A program made the translations under genes and the position numbers. 64,000 nt of DNA, taken from NCBI GenBank assembly GCA_032229665.1, contig JAVTWR010000059.1, forward strand, positions 113,191 to 177,190. Reading direction: 5' to 3'. Source of the DNA: Polyangiaceae bacterium (GTDB lineage Bacteria; Myxococcota_A; Polyangia; Polyangiales; Polyangiaceae). Numbering within the stretch: position 1 is the stretch's first letter; each line of letters starts with the position of its first letter. Shown in pieces: positions 63,543 to 64,000 of this stretch. The notes beneath the pieces were generated by a model. That model ran no database searches. It was not told the origin of the DNA and was given only the letters and a program-made list of their open reading frames with translations.

Positions 63543-64000
63543 CCGTGCTCGATCTCCGGGAAGCAGCGATTGCACATCGCATTCCGGTGCCGGCCATTCC
63601 GAACCTCAACGCCGCGGCCATTGCCACCTGGCGCGGCCGCATGATCAACGAGCACGCGTCGGCGCGCGTGTTCGAAGGTCTCGCGCTGCAGTTTCAGGAC
63701 GCTGGGCTCGGCCAAGCGGTCGTGCAGGAGCTGCGCGGCTTCGCCGACGAAGAGCGCCAGCACGGAGTCCTGTGTGGTGCCGTCGTCGAGTCACTGGGCG
63801 GCCGGGCTTATGCAGAACTTCCCGATGGAGAGGCCTATCCCGCGCACGCGGACGCCGGTTCGCCGCTGGAGGCTGCCCTGCGCAACATGCTCAGCATTTG
63901 CTGTCTCAGCGAGACGGTTGCCGTGTCGCTCATCGGCGCCGAGCGACTCGAGATGCCGCCGGGAGAGCTGCGCGAGCTCCTGACGCGCATCTACTCGGAC
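63539..64000 (+). CDS. ferritin-like diiron protein, N-terminal 154 codons (3' end outside the window)
   Basis: My own translation from ATG 63539: MTVLDLREAAIAHRIPVPAIPNLNAAAIATWRGRMINEHASARVFEGLALQF...ADEERQHGVLCGAVVESLGG...LSETVAVSLIG. Parallels W..RTQNEYRSTFVFSALASQ...AQDELVHAERCADVSVALG of 12019..12825. Open to the window end. Confidence 0.7.
   Translation, partial: MTVLDLREAAIAHRIPVPAIPNLNAAAIATWRGRMINEHASARVFEGLALQFQDAGLGQAVVQELRGFADEERQHGVLCGAVVESLGGRAYAELPDGEAYPAHADAGSPLEAALRNMLSICCLSETVAVSLIGAERLEMPPGELRELLTRIYSD

Overview
High-GC window (about 68-70% by eye, not computed), densely coding, about 65 protein genes. I found no rRNA, tRNA, CRISPR array or intact transposase. Three markers place it in Myxococcota: a MYXO-CTERM sorting tail at 34.6-34.7 kb, a CGDG...CDDGN Myxococcus cysteine-rich repeat at 51.1 kb, and roughly 27 predicted lipoproteins or secreted proteins. 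Confidently recognisable genes are adenosine deaminase (add), an E. coli-like inosine-guanosine kinase (gsk), a copZ-copA copper efflux pair, a divergent TetR / Coq4-like pair with a palindromic operator, an M4 thermolysin-like protease, a TPR-gluzincin peptidase, a PLC/AcpA-type phosphoesterase, three ECF sigma factors, one Ser/Thr kinase and an FHA-AAA+ enhancer-binding-type regulator. The most interesting structure is a module present three times: secreted two-Cys domain plus predicted small beta-barrel, then ECF sigma, then a single-pass anti-sigma with a conserved C-terminal domain, then a secreted output protein. Two copies lie in tandem at 13.2-20.3 kb and one at 46.8-50.6 kb. I read it as a possibly undescribed FecIRA-like cell-surface signalling unit. 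Other notable items:
- a signalling cluster combining an FHA-AAA+ regulator that lacks GAFTGA, a catalytically dead kinase paralog and an active kinase
- a trypsin-fold protein with the whole catalytic triad substituted
- two copies of a translationally coupled lipoprotein / diiron ferritin-like pair
- two inverted paralogs of a 6-Cys mini-lipoprotein bracketing a 7 kb segment
- an exported NuiA-like nuclease inhibitor with no nuclease partner in the window
- a truncated LuxR-type paralog, and two probable frameshifted genes
Many long ORFs in the six-frame track are high-GC antisense artefacts and were rejected. Start codons are inferred from signal peptides, RBS-like motifs and GC3, so they are approximate.
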